64,000 nucleotides of DNA from Candidatus Delongbacteria bacterium (GCA_963663545.1 OY760505.1:1280001-1344000); one strand, 5' to 3'. Counted from the first letter of the stretch, positions 48,583 to 58,863 are shown. The notes: generated by a model not told the origin, from the letters alone. Program-made: numbers and translations.

Positions 48583-49068
48583 TTACTCACTATGTTGACG
48601 GGACTCGGCAAGAGCAGGAGCGAGTCTTCGCGCCAACTCCTCCAGAAAAGAGCGATCTGCAGCTGTGAACGCTGCCGCCAGCCAGCTATCCAGGTCCAAC
48701 TCGCCGATTAACACAGCCTCGTGATACACAGGAATGACAATTTCAGACTTCACGCGAAGGCTGCACGCCAAGTAGTTGTCTGCCGCATTAACATCGTCAA
48801 CAACGAAAGTAGTCCCTGTCTGCGCCGCCTGACCACAGATCCCCTGACCGAACTCAATGCATGTGTGATCCGTCGGCTCACCTGCAAAAGGCCCCAGTAC
48901 AAGTCGCTGAGACCGGGTCGGATCTACCAGATAGAATCCGACCCAGTCGTAATGGCCCACTTCCTGCTGCAACAGATCCACCACTGGCTGCAAAATGTCG
49001 GCGCTACCCTTCACAAGTAGCTCCTCCAGACGCTCAGCGGCCTCCTTGCTCAGGATTTGGTGACTCAT
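48583..49068 (-). CDS. GAF-domain protein (free Met-R-sulfoxide reductase-like)
   Basis: WVGFY, LGPF.G, GQGICG, ACS..SEIVIP, LDLDS. Confidence 0.85.
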   Translation of the reverse strand: MSHQILSKEAAERLEELLVKGSADILQPVVDLLQQEVGHYDWVGFYLVDPTRSQRLVLGPFAGEPTDHTCIEFGQGICGQAAQTGTTFVVDDVNAADNYLACSLRVKSEIVIPVYHEAVLIGELDLDSWLAAAFTAADRSFLEELARRLAPALAESRQHSE

Positions 49069-49457
49069 GCCTGCACCACGTTAATCCGCATCTCAGGCTG
49101 CGACATTATGGTTTTCTTGACTGCGCAGCTGGCAGCAGCACGGGCAACTGCGTCGTGATACTTCTCGGGGAACCCCGCAGGAACGGTGATCTCGGTTGTG
49201 AACTGAACGCGGCCATCGGGACCGGCCGCCGCCACAACACTCACACCAAGGCCTTCCATGGGCAGTTCCCGCTGCTCACAGAAGCGCTGCACATACAGGC
49301 CAGCGCAAGTCGCCAGCGAAGCGACAAAGAGCTCGTAAGGGGCAGGTGCACTGTCTTCGCCTCCCGCACGCGTTGCTTGATCCGTCAGGATCAAGTGATG
49401 ACGGACTTTGCTGTTCACTTTGAGTCCACCTGCGAATTCCACATCAGCTTGTATCAT
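49065..49457 (-). CDS. OsmC-family protein
   Basis: TDQ..GGEDSAPAP.ELF.ASLATC; second Cys in CAVKK. Confidence 0.88.
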   Translation of the reverse strand: MIQADVEFAGGLKVNSKVRHHLILTDQATRAGGEDSAPAPYELFVASLATCAGLYVQRFCEQRELPMEGLGVSVVAAAGPDGRVQFTTEITVPAGFPEKYHDAVARAAASCAVKKTIMSQPEMRINVVQA

Positions 49458-49516
49458 TTCTTCCTCGAAGTTTTGACAAGAGAAAACAACCTACCTCTTT
49501 CAATTGCTAGTGTCAA

Positions 49517-51541
49517 CTATTTACTGCTGTCAAATTGATAATGTTCCACAATGCTATCGCAGATCTGTCCAGCATCCAAGCCAAGCTTCTTGAAGATCTC
49601 GCCAGCAGGCGCACTCATACCAAAGCGATCCACGCCTATAACAAGGCCCGCTTCGCCAACGCGGTGATACCAAGGATCACTGACACCAGCTTCTATGGCC
49701 ACACGGCGCTTGCAACTGGGCGGAATAACGCCCTCACGATATTGCGGCAACTGTCGATCAAAGCGCTCCAAACACGGCAGACTGACAATGCGAACGGCAT
49801 CCACACCGCGCTCCTTCAGTAGATCAGCCACTTGTACAGCCAGAGCGACCTCGCTACCGGAAGCCATCAACAGCAGCTCCGGCTGCTCAGACCCGGCGCG
49901 TAGCACATACCCACCCTTGGATGCTCCTGTGCGCCGTTCAGCAACGGGCAGCTCTTCCAGCAAGGGTAAGGCCTGGCGGGAAAGCGCCAACACTGCCGGG
50001 CCTTCTTGGCGGTCAAAGGCCGCAAGCACAGAGCCTACGGTTTCTTCGGCGTCCGCCGGACGATGAACCTCAAGGTTGGGTATCAATCGTAGACTGCTGA
50101 TGGTCTCCACCGGTTGATGAGTGGGTCCATCTTCGCCAACGCCGATGGAGTCGTGAGTCAGATAGTAGACCACGGGTAGATGCGAGAGCGCCGCCATACG
50201 AATCGCCGGACGCAGATAATCCGCAAAAACCAGGAAAGTCGCCCCGTGCTGGTGATACAAGCCGTGATACGCAAAACCATTGAGCATGGCGCCCATGGCG
50301 TGCTCGCGAACTCCTACGCGCAGATTGCGCCCCGTCGGTGTATCACGACCGAAGTCACCACCGTCCTTCAGGTAATTCTGGTTGCTACCGTACAAGTCGG
50401 CGCTCATGCCGATGAGCTGCGGGACCTCGCGCATCAACTCCTGCAGAACCTGGCCAGCAGCGGCGCGGGTAGCCAGAGATTTCCCGCTGGGGAAGTCCGG
50501 AATGCGAGCGGCAAAATTGCTGGGGAATTTGCGCTTGATACCTGCATCCAACTCAGCAGCCAGGTGCGGATTGTTCAGGCGCCAGCCAACCTGATAGCCT
50601 TCCCAGGCCTTTCGCGCATCACGCAGTTTCTCGACGCGCGTTGCAAAGAAGTCACGGACTTCCTGTGATACATAGAAGCGCTCTTCTGGCAACCCGAGCG
50701 CTTTGCGCGCGGACTCGGCGAACTTGGTTCCGCCTTCGCCGTGCCCCTTGGGTGTGCCAGCGACTTCAGGAATACCTCGCGCGATTTCGGTGCGAGCCAT
50801 GATCAACTGCGGACGCCCGCTGTTTGTAGTACGCGCCTTGTGATACGCAGAGCAAAAAGCCTCGATGTCGTGACCGTCAACATCCTGCACATCCCAACCG
50901 ACGGCCCGGAAGCGAGCGGCTGTATCACGGCTCTGGCTCGCATCAAGAGGCGCATCCAGCGTGATACCGTTGGCGTCGTGAATCAGGATCAGGTTATCCA
51001 GCCCAAGGTGGCCTGCCAGCTCCGTAGCCTCAAGTGCCACGCCCTCCTGCAGGCAGCCGTCTCCGGCCAATACAACAACACGATAATCCAGCAGTTGCTC
51101 TTCGTCCTCTGGATCGTTGAAGCGCGCGGCGGTCATTCTGGCGGCCACAGCCATACCAACGGCGTTAGCGACACCTTGTCCCAGCGGGCCGGTGGTTGCT
51201 TCCACTCCGGGAGTCATGCCGAATTCCGGGTGGCCGGGCGTGCGACTGTCCAGCTTGCGGAAGTCCTTGATGTCATCAAGGCTCAGGTCGTAGCCAGCTA
51301 GGTGCAGCCAGGCATAAAGGAACATGCTGCCGTGCCCGGCGGACAGGACAAAACGATCGCGATTCAGCCAGCGTGGATCGGCAGGATCAAAACGGAGCAG
51401 CTCGCCAAAGAGGGCAGCCCCTACTTCCGCAGCGCCAAGCGGCAATCCCAGATGTCCCGAAGAACAGCCGTCGATAGCATCAATCGCCAGTCCGCGCGCG
51501 ATTTTCGCCGCAGCAGCAAGTTCGGTCACATGTGCAGTCAT
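49517..51541 (-). CDS. tkt: transketolase
   Basis: SGHLG, NRDRFVLSAGH, TPGHPE, GDGCLQEG, GVREHAM, THDSIGVGEDGPTHQP. Confidence 0.97.
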   Translation of the reverse strand: MTAHVTELAAAAKIARGLAIDAIDGCSSGHLGLPLGAAEVGAALFGELLRFDPADPRWLNRDRFVLSAGHGSMFLYAWLHLAGYDLSLDDIKDFRKLDSRTPGHPEFGMTPGVEATTGPLGQGVANAVGMAVAARMTAARFNDPEDEEQLLDYRVVVLAGDGCLQEGVALEATELAGHLGLDNLILIHDANGITLDAPLDASQSRDTAARFRAVGWDVQDVDGHDIEAFCSAYHKARTTNSGRPQLIMARTEIARGIPEVAGTPKGHGEGGTKFAESARKALGLPEERFYVSQEVRDFFATRVEKLRDARKAWEGYQVGWRLNNPHLAAELDAGIKRKFPSNFAARIPDFPSGKSLATRAAAGQVLQELMREVPQLIGMSADLYGSNQNYLKDGGDFGRDTPTGRNLRVGVREHAMGAMLNGFAYHGLYHQHGATFLVFADYLRPAIRMAALSHLPVVYYLTHDSIGVGEDGPTHQPVETISSLRLIPNLEVHRPADAEETVGSVLAAFDRQEGPAVLALSRQALPLLEELPVAERRTGASKGGYVLRAGSEQPELLLMASGSEVALAVQVADLLKERGVDAVRIVSLPCLERFDRQLPQYREGVIPPSCKRRVAIEAGVSDPWYHRVGEAGLVIGVDRFGMSAPAGEIFKKLGLDAGQICDSIVEHYQFDSSK

Positions 51542-51707
51542 GATCCTGTCTTTCTCTTGTGGGTGATCCCGGAACGGCCATTCTCCGGGAGTTGCGATGC
51601 TTTGTGATACAAGGAAGCTACAAGTTAGAAATCATTCGTCTTAGCAGAAACGCCCACCAGGGTGGGCGCATATGGCGAGGTTCATGGGATCGCATGTATC
51701 ACGGGAA

Positions 51708-52082
51708 TCACGTGTTTCGCTGAATTCCTTTGTGCTGGTGAATTTCCTTCTCCGTCTCTTCGGGGTTGCCGGAATTGTACAGCACAAGGTTTTGTAGGTG
51801 CCCCAGTGTATCAACACTATCCAGACTGAGGAACTCCACGCCAACACCATCATCGTCGAGGCGCACCACTTTTCCTGTGATACCAAGCTGAATGGCGTTG
51901 TCGCCAGTACCCAACTCGAGTCGCAGGTTGCAAGATTCGCCAACGGTGAACTCCTGATCGCAGACCAGGAAGAGTCCGCGAAGGCTCAGATTGCGCATTT
52001 CCCCGCAGGTCTTCTCTTCATTGCCCTCCACGCGAACGGCGAAGTGCAGGGGAACGCGCGTAAACTCGCGTCTGTTGTCCAT
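51708..52082 (-). CDS. PilZ-domain protein
   Basis: RREFTR (RxxxR) and NLSLRG ([DN]xSxxG), GVEF. Confidence 0.9.
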   Translation of the reverse strand: MDNRREFTRVPLHFAVRVEGNEEKTCGEMRNLSLRGLFLVCDQEFTVGESCNLRLELGTGDNAIQLGITGKVVRLDDDGVGVEFLSLDSVDTLGHLQNLVLYNSGNPEETEKEIHQHKGIQRNT

Positions 52083-52091
52083 CCTGATCTC

Positions 52092-52910
52092 CTATTTCAT
52101 CGTGTAATACACAGACCGACCTTCCTGCACGCGCTGGAAGTTCTCATCGATGTTAAGCGTCGTTTCCGCACCTCCCAAAAAGAGCACGCCGTCCGGCTTG
52201 AGCACTTTTCGCATGCGCCCCAGGATGGAACGCTTCATTTCCAAGTCGAAGTAAATGAGCACGTTGCGAATGAAAATAATGTCGAAGGTGGGCAGCGCGG
52301 GCCAGTTGGTCGCCAGGTTCATCTCGCGGAACTCGATGAAGCGCTTGACATCCTCCTTGATGGCCCAGCTGGCGCCGTCCTTGCTGAAGTACTTGATCAG
52401 CAGAGGGGCCGGCAAACCACGGTTGATCTCCAGCTGCGAAAAGATGCCTTGACGAGCGCGAACCACCATGGAGGGCGAAATGTCGGTCGCCAGAATCTTG
52501 ACGCGCCAGTTGGCCAACTGCGGAAAGGCGTCCTTGAGCACCATAGCAATGGTGTAAGGCTCCTGACCGCTCGAGCAAGCCGCGCACCAGATATTGAGGG
52601 TTTTCGGCCCTTCCCGTGCCTCTACCAGACGTGGAAGAACATCCTTTTTCAGCGTCTCGAAAGGATGCAAGTCGCGGAAGAAGGAGGTTTCATTGGTGGT
52701 CATTGCATCCACAACGTCGCGGTGCAATTGCCCAAAGGGCTTCCCACGCATCGTCCGAATCAGCGCGCCCACATCGGGTACGCCCTCGGCTCGCGCCAGA
52801 GACATCAGTCGCATCTCAACCAAGTACTCTTTGCCTTCGTCAAGAACGATCGCAGAGTGCTCACGCACCATCTGGCGCAGGTAATCAAAGTCCAGCTTTT
52901 CCAGTGGCAT
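52092..52910 (-). CDS. cheR: chemotaxis methyltransferase CheR
   Basis: TTNETSFFRD, WCAACSSGQEPY, RNVLIYFD. Confidence 0.96.
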   Translation of the reverse strand: MPLEKLDFDYLRQMVREHSAIVLDEGKEYLVEMRLMSLARAEGVPDVGALIRTMRGKPFGQLHRDVVDAMTTNETSFFRDLHPFETLKKDVLPRLVEAREGPKTLNIWCAACSSGQEPYTIAMVLKDAFPQLANWRVKILATDISPSMVVRARQGIFSQLEINRGLPAPLLIKYFSKDGASWAIKEDVKRFIEFREMNLATNWPALPTFDIIFIRNVLIYFDLEMKRSILGRMRKVLKPDGVLFLGGAETTLNIDENFQRVQEGRSVYYTMK

Positions 52911-52911
52911 A

Positions 52912-54087
52912 TCAGTTAAGCCCTCTCAATGACAGGCTCAGGCCTGCTAGTTTTCGTACGATTGTCTGCCCAATTTCCGAAAGCGGCAATACGCTGTCCG
53001 CCAAATTGGCCTCCACAACGGAGCCCGGCATACCCCACACTACACTGCTAGCTTCGTCCTGGGCCAGAATCTCGCCTCCTGCATCGCGTAGCAGGGCGGC
53101 TCCATCACGCCCGTCATGTCCCATTCCGGTCATCACGATTCCCAGCACCCGTGTATTATCCAGCACAGCGGCGGATTCAAAAAGCACATCGGCTGCAGGC
53201 CGGCATGAATTCACCGCGGGTTCCTGCTGCAGGTGCAGCACCAATCCCTCGGGGCGCTCGTGCACTTCCATATGGTAATCGCCACGGGCAATCCAGACTT
53301 CGCCCGGCTTGATCACGGCACCTTCTTCTGCCTCGCGGATGGTCAGCGCACACTTCGTATTCAAACGATCCGCCAGCATCTTGGTGAACATGGGCGGCAT
53401 GTGCTGGACAATCAGCAGCGGTACAGGCAGATTGCCAGGCAACGTAGGCAGAAGCTCGCCAAGCGCATTGGGACCACCCGTCGAGATGCCCAGAACCGCC
53501 AGACCATACCTACCCATTTTCCGCTTGACCGTCGGCTTCGGACGGGGCGACTGTTTGGGAAGGCGCTGGTGGCGCTCCGCAACTTCCACCTTCCGCTCCG
53601 GTAGAGGCGCCTTTGCGGGAGTGAGGGGCGTTTCCGGGCGCTTCAGGGGCGGCGGCGGCGCCACTGGTTGTGGCGCAAAGCGTGTACAAAGAGCGTGGAT
53701 GCGCGGGACCAGTTCCCGGCGCAAATGGCCCATCGACTCCTGGAAATTCTGAAAGCCCTCAGGCTTGGTGACGTAGTCGGAGGCGCCGCGCGAAAGCGCT
53801 TCAATTGTGGCCTCCGCACCACGGCTGGTGAGCGTCGAAAACATGATCACGGGCAATCGCGGCCAGCGACGCTTGAGTTCCGGCAGGGTGGTCAGGCCAT
53901 CCATGACCGGCATTTCGACATCAAGAGTCACCAGGTCGGGCTTGGCCAGCTCGATCTTGCTCAAAGCCACTGCACCGTTCGGTGCTGTTCCAGCGACTTC
54001 AAGGTCCGGTTCCTGCTCGAGAATCATCGTCAGCAGCTTGCGTATGACGGCGGAATCATCGACGATGAAGATGCGCAGTTTTCCCAT
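52912..54087 (-). CDS. cheB: chemotaxis methylesterase CheB
   Basis: REC domain + STGGP, QHMP, MTGMGHDG, VVWGMP. Confidence 0.96.
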   Translation of the reverse strand: MGKLRIFIVDDSAVIRKLLTMILEQEPDLEVAGTAPNGAVALSKIELAKPDLVTLDVEMPVMDGLTTLPELKRRWPRLPVIMFSTLTSRGAEATIEALSRGASDYVTKPEGFQNFQESMGHLRRELVPRIHALCTRFAPQPVAPPPPLKRPETPLTPAKAPLPERKVEVAERHQRLPKQSPRPKPTVKRKMGRYGLAVLGISTGGPNALGELLPTLPGNLPVPLLIVQHMPPMFTKMLADRLNTKCALTIREAEEGAVIKPGEVWIARGDYHMEVHERPEGLVLHLQQEPAVNSCRPAADVLFESAAVLDNTRVLGIVMTGMGHDGRDGAALLRDAGGEILAQDEASSVVWGMPGSVVEANLADSVLPLSEIGQTIVRKLAGLSLSLRGLN

Positions 54088-54088
54088 G

Positions 54089-54460
54089 TCAGCCTACATT
54101 GATGCCCAGGAGCGCCAGCTTCTCAACCAGTGCTTCTTTGGTGAACGGCTTCATAATGTACTCGTTGGCTCCAGCTTCCAGAGCCTCAACAACACTCTCG
54201 ATCTGGTTGACCGAGGTCACCATGATCAGCATCATCCCCGCTTGTTCGGGACGCGAGCGTGCCGTGCGGACAAAGGTGATTCCGTCCATCACAGGCATCT
54301 GCCAATCCACCAGAGCGAAGTCGAAGGTCCCCTCTTTCTCGAGGGCGGCAAGGGCGTCTTCTCCGTGTTCGGCCTTTACCGTTTCGACCCCAAGCTCCTC
54401 CATGATCTTGCCTAGCAGCATGCGCATGGAGGACGAATCATCGATAATCAGCGCTTTCAT
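54089..54460 (-). CDS. cheY: single-domain response regulator CheY
   Basis: IDD, DWQMPVMDG, KPF; che operon context. Confidence 0.88.
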   Translation of the reverse strand: MKALIIDDSSSMRMLLGKIMEELGVETVKAEHGEDALAALEKEGTFDFALVDWQMPVMDGITFVRTARSRPEQAGMMLIMVTSVNQIESVVEALEAGANEYIMKPFTKEALVEKLALLGINVG

Positions 54461-54480
54461 TCGTGGTCCATCCCTTGCCG

Positions 54481-54897
54481 TTAATCCAGCTGCACCACCT
54501 TGTCCGTGTCTAGGACAAGGAGAAGCTTGCCGGCCAGTTTATGCGAACCCGTAATCAGCCCGCGGCTGGTTTCATCGAGAGTTTCAGGCGGCTCTTCGAA
54601 ACTGTCCGCTTGCACCTCAACCACGTCGCTGATCTCGTCGACGAGCAGACTCACAACCGAATCACCGGAACGCACAACGACGTTCATCGGCAGTTTTCCG
54701 TCCGCCCGCTCCGGCATCTTGAGACGCCGCCGAAGGTCCAGTGCCGTAACGATCTGCCCGCGCAGATTGATCAGCCCCTGTATCACCTCCTGGGCCAGTG
54801 GGACCCGGGTCATCTTCTGATACCTGATCACCTCCTGGACCTGTGTCACATTGACGCCGAAGAAGTGCTTGCCCAGGTAGAATGTGCAGTACTGCAT
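54481..54897 (-). CDS. cheW: CheW coupling protein
   Basis: VQEVI, GLINLRGQIV, LLVDEISDV. Confidence 0.95.
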   Translation of the reverse strand: MQYCTFYLGKHFFGVNVTQVQEVIRYQKMTRVPLAQEVIQGLINLRGQIVTALDLRRRLKMPERADGKLPMNVVVRSGDSVVSLLVDEISDVVEVQADSFEEPPETLDETSRGLITGSHKLAGKLLLVLDTDKVVQLD

Positions 54898-54924
54898 TGT
54901 CTGCTCCTGTCGATCTGATCCGTG

Positions 54925-55392
54925 TTACAGGATCTTCATCGAAACTTCCATGACGAAGCGATGCTTGCCGATGTCGAAGGGGATCACCATGACCGGGACA
55001 TCACGCTTCGTGCCCAGACTATGCCCCTTGCCGACAACCACCGTCGGAATGGAGATATTGAAAGTCAGTCCATCGTTGGCCAGCTCACTCTTGGCGCCAC
55101 CGGCGACAATGTTGGCCAACTCGCCCACTACATCCTGCACTTCATCGGTGAGCCGGTACACCTTCTCGCCCATCATGAGGCTGTAGATGCGCAGTGCAAC
55201 TGGCGTCGGGAAGCTGATGGCCACCGAGCCACGAACCTTGGCACCGGCAAAGCCGATGACGGCCGAGATGTCACCCTGCGTCAGGTTTTCATTCTTCAGA
55301 TAGGGTGTGCCGCGCACCGGAGATACTTCCAGCATGGTCTCCAGTGCATTCACCATTGCGCTTACGAAAGGATTGATCAGACGTGCGTCCAT
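54925..55392 (-). CDS. cheX: CheX phosphatase
   Basis: INPFV, GELANIVAG (ExxN), ISIPTVVVG. Confidence 0.9.
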   Translation of the reverse strand: MDARLINPFVSAMVNALETMLEVSPVRGTPYLKNENLTQGDISAVIGFAGAKVRGSVAISFPTPVALRIYSLMMGEKVYRLTDEVQDVVGELANIVAGGAKSELANDGLTFNISIPTVVVGKGHSLGTKRDVPVMVIPFDIGKHRFVMEVSMKIL

Positions 55393-55415
55393 GATGCCTC
55401 CAAGCAGGATCCGTT

Positions 55416-55772
55416 TTAATCGACCAAAGCCTTGACCTTGGCGGCCAGCACGTCTTTGGTGAAGGGCTTGACGACATAGTCATTCACGCCCACCTTCAGG
55501 GCTTCCATTACTTCATCCTTGGCACCTTCAGAGGTAACCATGATGATGGGCAAACCCTGACGGCCCGGGTCTTCCCGAATGCTTTTCACCAGAGTAATTC
55601 CGTCCATGCCGGGCATATTCCAGTCGGTCAGCACCAGATCAACACCGTCGAGCTTCTTCAGCGCTTCCAGTCCATCACCAGCCTCGTCGATGTCCTCATA
55701 GCCTGCTGCTTTCAGACTGTTGGCAATGATGCGCCTCATGGTGGTGGAGTCGTCAACAACAAGAATCTTCAT
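55416..55772 (-). CDS. cheY: single-domain response regulator CheY
   Basis: VDDSTTMRRI, DWNMPGMDG, KPFT. Confidence 0.9.
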   Translation of the reverse strand: MKILVVDDSTTMRRIIANSLKAAGYEDIDEAGDGLEALKKLDGVDLVLTDWNMPGMDGITLVKSIREDPGRQGLPIIMVTSEGAKDEVMEALKVGVNDYVVKPFTKDVLAAKVKALVD

Positions 55773-55799
55773 GTCTACACCTTTATTCCGGGTTCAAGT

Positions 55800-58328
55800 T
55801 TACTGAGCCATGTGTATCACGGTCTCGATATCGAGCAGCTCGGTGATACGGTCCTGCACGACGATTACGCCAAGAACTCCAGCGCGTGTTGCATCGCGCT
55901 TGATCGTGACGTTTTCTTCGGCGATATCGAGAATCTCGTCCACAACAATACCATAGCTGCGGCCCTCTGTCGAATAGACGACTACCTGCAGCATGTTTCC
56001 GCGTACCTTCTCGGTGTTGCCTGCCACGGCACCCTGACGACGCTCGCCGGTTTCGTTCGGCGGAATCTCGCCATGTCCGCGGCGCTCAGGCAGAATCTCG
56101 CTGGGCTTGAGCAAGGGCAGAATTTTCTCGCGGTACTGTATCACATCACCATCGCCGGTGTGTTCCACCTTGGATACCTCAAACTCTTCCAGACGATCCA
56201 CCTGGTCCAGAGCGATAGCCATGCGGTTGTGACCAACGCGGAAGAGCAGCAGCGTCTCGCTGTCGTCGGCCACTTCTGCAGCATGCGCCTGGGCATCTGC
56301 ACGCACCTTGGCCGAAATATCGCTGACAACGTGGGAACGCTGCGCCAGGCCAAGAACATCAATGATCAGAGCCACCGAGCCATCGCCCATGATCGTAGCA
56401 CCGGCGAAAGTCGGAATGTTTTTCAAGGTCGAACCCAGCGGCTTGACGACAATCTCTTCGGTGTCAATCACCTCGTCGACAACCAATCCAAACTGACGAT
56501 CGTCGGCTTGTAGCACGACAATGTTCAGCGTCTTCTTTGTATCACCGTGTTCCTGGAAAATATTCAGTTCCTTGTCCAGGAAGACCAGCGGCAGCAACTT
56601 ACCGCGCAGGCGGTAGACGGGCGCACCGTTGATGGTCTCAATGTTGTTGGCTTGCTCGCCTTCAAGACGCACAAGCTCAAGCAGTGCAGCCTGCGGCATG
56701 GCGAATCGCATACCAGCGCAACGGACCACAAGAGCCGGAATGATGGCCAGGGTCAGCGGAATTTTAATTTTGAGCCGTGTGCCGTTGCCAGCGCGACTGG
56801 ACAAGTCAACCATACCACCGATCTTCTCGATGTTGGTTTTAACTACGTCCATACCCACGCCGCGACCGGAAACATTGGTCACCTGCTTGGCTGTCGAGAA
56901 CCCGGGCAGGAAGACCATGTTCACCAGCTCGTGATCCGACATGCGCTCGGCGTACTCCGGTGTTACAAGCCCACGATCAATGGCTTTTCGTCTCACGGCT
57001 TCGGCATCGATGCCGCCACCGTCATCCAGGATTTCAACGTTGACCTGTCCACCTTCGTGATACGCCAGCAGTTTGACGACACCTTCTTCGGGCTTGCCAT
57101 TGGCACGTCGTACTTCGGGGCTTTCGATTCCGTGATCCACGCTGTTGCGCACGATGTGCGTCAGCGGATCCTTGATGGCCTCCAGCAGAGTTTTGTCCAG
57201 CTCGGTGTCTTTACCCTCCATCTCGAGGCGCACCTTCTTGCCGCAACTCATGCTGAGATCGCGTATCACGCGGGGGAACTTGTTCCAAACATTACCAATG
57301 GGCTGCATGCGCGTTTTCATCACGCCTTCCTGCAGCTCGGTGGTAATCAGATTCAAGCGCTGGAACACGGCGTTGTAGGTATTGTCCTGAATCTTGTCGC
57401 TGTACTGCATCACCTGGTTGCGAATCAGCACCAGCTCACCGGCCAGCGTCATCAGCTTGTCCAGATGATTCACATCGACGCGCAAGGTTGTGTCGGCAAC
57501 GGAGGTTGTCGTGCGTGAGCGCACCTGCGACTGCTCGTTGAGCTTCTCCTTCACTTGGGCAGGTTGCACCTTGGCCTGGTCCACGAGAATTTCACCGATG
57601 TGCCGTGGATCGCCCTCGGCCTGCTGCGCCAGTGCCTTCTCGACATCCTCTTCGCGGGCCAATCCTTCCTTGACAAGCAAGCTGCCCATTTGATCGGGCT
57701 CAAGCTCCGGTTGCGCCTTGATGGCCTCGGCCAGTGCAGCAACGGCGCTCTCGTCCAACTGGACCGGCGGGGCCAGCTCCTCAGCGGCTTCGGCGGCCTC
57801 TTCCTCGTCGTCGGCTTCCTCTTCAACGGATTCTTCCGGCTGAGGTGCAGCAGCGGCCTCCGGCGTCGGAGCGGCAACAACAGGCTCTTCTGCCTTGGCA
57901 ACCGGTGCGGCAACGGCAGCGCCGTCGTCCTGCGGGCGCTCCGTCAATTCCATCAGATGGTCGATCAGAGTCGAATAGTCCGCATCGCCTTCGCAGCCAT
58001 CTTCCTCAATGTGACCCAGAATGGTCCGAACCGCATCGACCATCGACAGCAGAGCGCTGGTGATCTCGGCAGTCAGACGCTTCTTGCCTTCGCGCAGCAA
58101 GCTGAGCAAGTTCTCACCCTTGTGGGCCACGGACTCAAGTTTGCTGAAGCCAAAGAAGCCACTCGTACCCTTGATGGTGTGAATGGTGCGGAAAATGCCG
58201 GCCAGAATTTCCAGGTTGTCCGGCGCTTCCTCAAGGGTGACAAAGTCCTGATCGAGCTGATCCAAATTCTCATAGCTCTCAACAAGAAATTCCTTGAGGA
58301 CGTCTTCCATACCTTCAAGATTGCTCAT
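55800..58328 (-). CDS. cheA: chemotaxis histidine kinase CheA with second C-terminal CheW-like domain
   Basis: Hpt HTIKG, RNSVDHGIE, DDGGG, PGFST, SGRGVGMDVV, PLTLAI; two CheW-like domains. Confidence 0.96.
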   Translation of the reverse strand: MSNLEGMEDVLKEFLVESYENLDQLDQDFVTLEEAPDNLEILAGIFRTIHTIKGTSGFFGFSKLESVAHKGENLLSLLREGKKRLTAEITSALLSMVDAVRTILGHIEEDGCEGDADYSTLIDHLMELTERPQDDGAAVAAPVAKAEEPVVAAPTPEAAAAPQPEESVEEEADDEEEAAEAAEELAPPVQLDESAVAALAEAIKAQPELEPDQMGSLLVKEGLAREEDVEKALAQQAEGDPRHIGEILVDQAKVQPAQVKEKLNEQSQVRSRTTTSVADTTLRVDVNHLDKLMTLAGELVLIRNQVMQYSDKIQDNTYNAVFQRLNLITTELQEGVMKTRMQPIGNVWNKFPRVIRDLSMSCGKKVRLEMEGKDTELDKTLLEAIKDPLTHIVRNSVDHGIESPEVRRANGKPEEGVVKLLAYHEGGQVNVEILDDGGGIDAEAVRRKAIDRGLVTPEYAERMSDHELVNMVFLPGFSTAKQVTNVSGRGVGMDVVKTNIEKIGGMVDLSSRAGNGTRLKIKIPLTLAIIPALVVRCAGMRFAMPQAALLELVRLEGEQANNIETINGAPVYRLRGKLLPLVFLDKELNIFQEHGDTKKTLNIVVLQADDRQFGLVVDEVIDTEEIVVKPLGSTLKNIPTFAGATIMGDGSVALIIDVLGLAQRSHVVSDISAKVRADAQAHAAEVADDSETLLLFRVGHNRMAIALDQVDRLEEFEVSKVEHTGDGDVIQYREKILPLLKPSEILPERRGHGEIPPNETGERRQGAVAGNTEKVRGNMLQVVVYSTEGRSYGIVVDEILDIAEENVTIKRDATRAGVLGVIVVQDRITELLDIETVIHMAQ

Positions 58329-58382
58329 GGGGGTTACTCCCGGATTGCATTCTGCGAATGATGACGCAAACGTTATGCATAG

Positions 58383-58410
58383 TTGTCGGTATTGCGCACA
58401 GGTCTCTTTA
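58383..58410 (-). promoter_or_regulatory. putative sigma28 (FliA/SigD) promoter of che operon
   Basis: TAAA-N16-ACCGACAA about 55 bp upstream of cheA; consensus TAAA-N15/16-GCCGATAA. Confidence 0.5.
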
Positions 58411-58508
58411 CTTACACACCGTGAAAGGAAACTCCGTTGTTATTTTTTCTAAAAAAGCTCCGCGTTGAGCGCTGTTGAATCGAGGTCGGAGTTGCATAGG
58501 TTTGCATC

Positions 58509-58527
58509 ATTTGCATATTTTGCCAAT
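58509..58527. promoter_or_regulatory. putative ArsR operator
   Basis: Imperfect inverted repeat ATTTGCA-N5-TGCCAAT just upstream of the arsR RBS. Confidence 0.5.
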
Positions 58528-58545
58528 TGTACAATCGGAGACAAC

Positions 58546-58863
58546 ATGGACATCGCTTCCCTGCAGAATCAGGCGCAGGTATTCAAAGCCCTCGCACATC
58601 CCCTCCGGCTAAAGCTCCTGCTGCAGCTTGGTGAGGGGGAGCGCTGCGTAGCTGAATTGGCACAGGATAGCGGAGTGGATTTGAGCACACTCTCGCGGCA
58701 TCTCACACTTCTAAAGCAGACCGCCTTGGTTGCCGATCGCCGCGAAGGAAAATGGATCTACTACCGGCTGCTGGCTCCCTGTGTGCTGGAGTTTGTCTCG
58801 TGCCTTGCTGCGCGATCAGGTCCAGGCTGCGCCTGCGAGGAGGTCAAGCATGAGTTGGCGTGA
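58546..58863 (+). CDS. arsR: ArsR/SmtB-family repressor
   Basis: FKALAHPLRL, CVAEL, STLSRHL, RREGKWIYY; C-terminal Cys residues. Confidence 0.88.
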   Translation: MDIASLQNQAQVFKALAHPLRLKLLLQLGEGERCVAELAQDSGVDLSTLSRHLTLLKQTALVADRREGKWIYYRLLAPCVLEFVSCLAARSGPGCACEEVKHELA

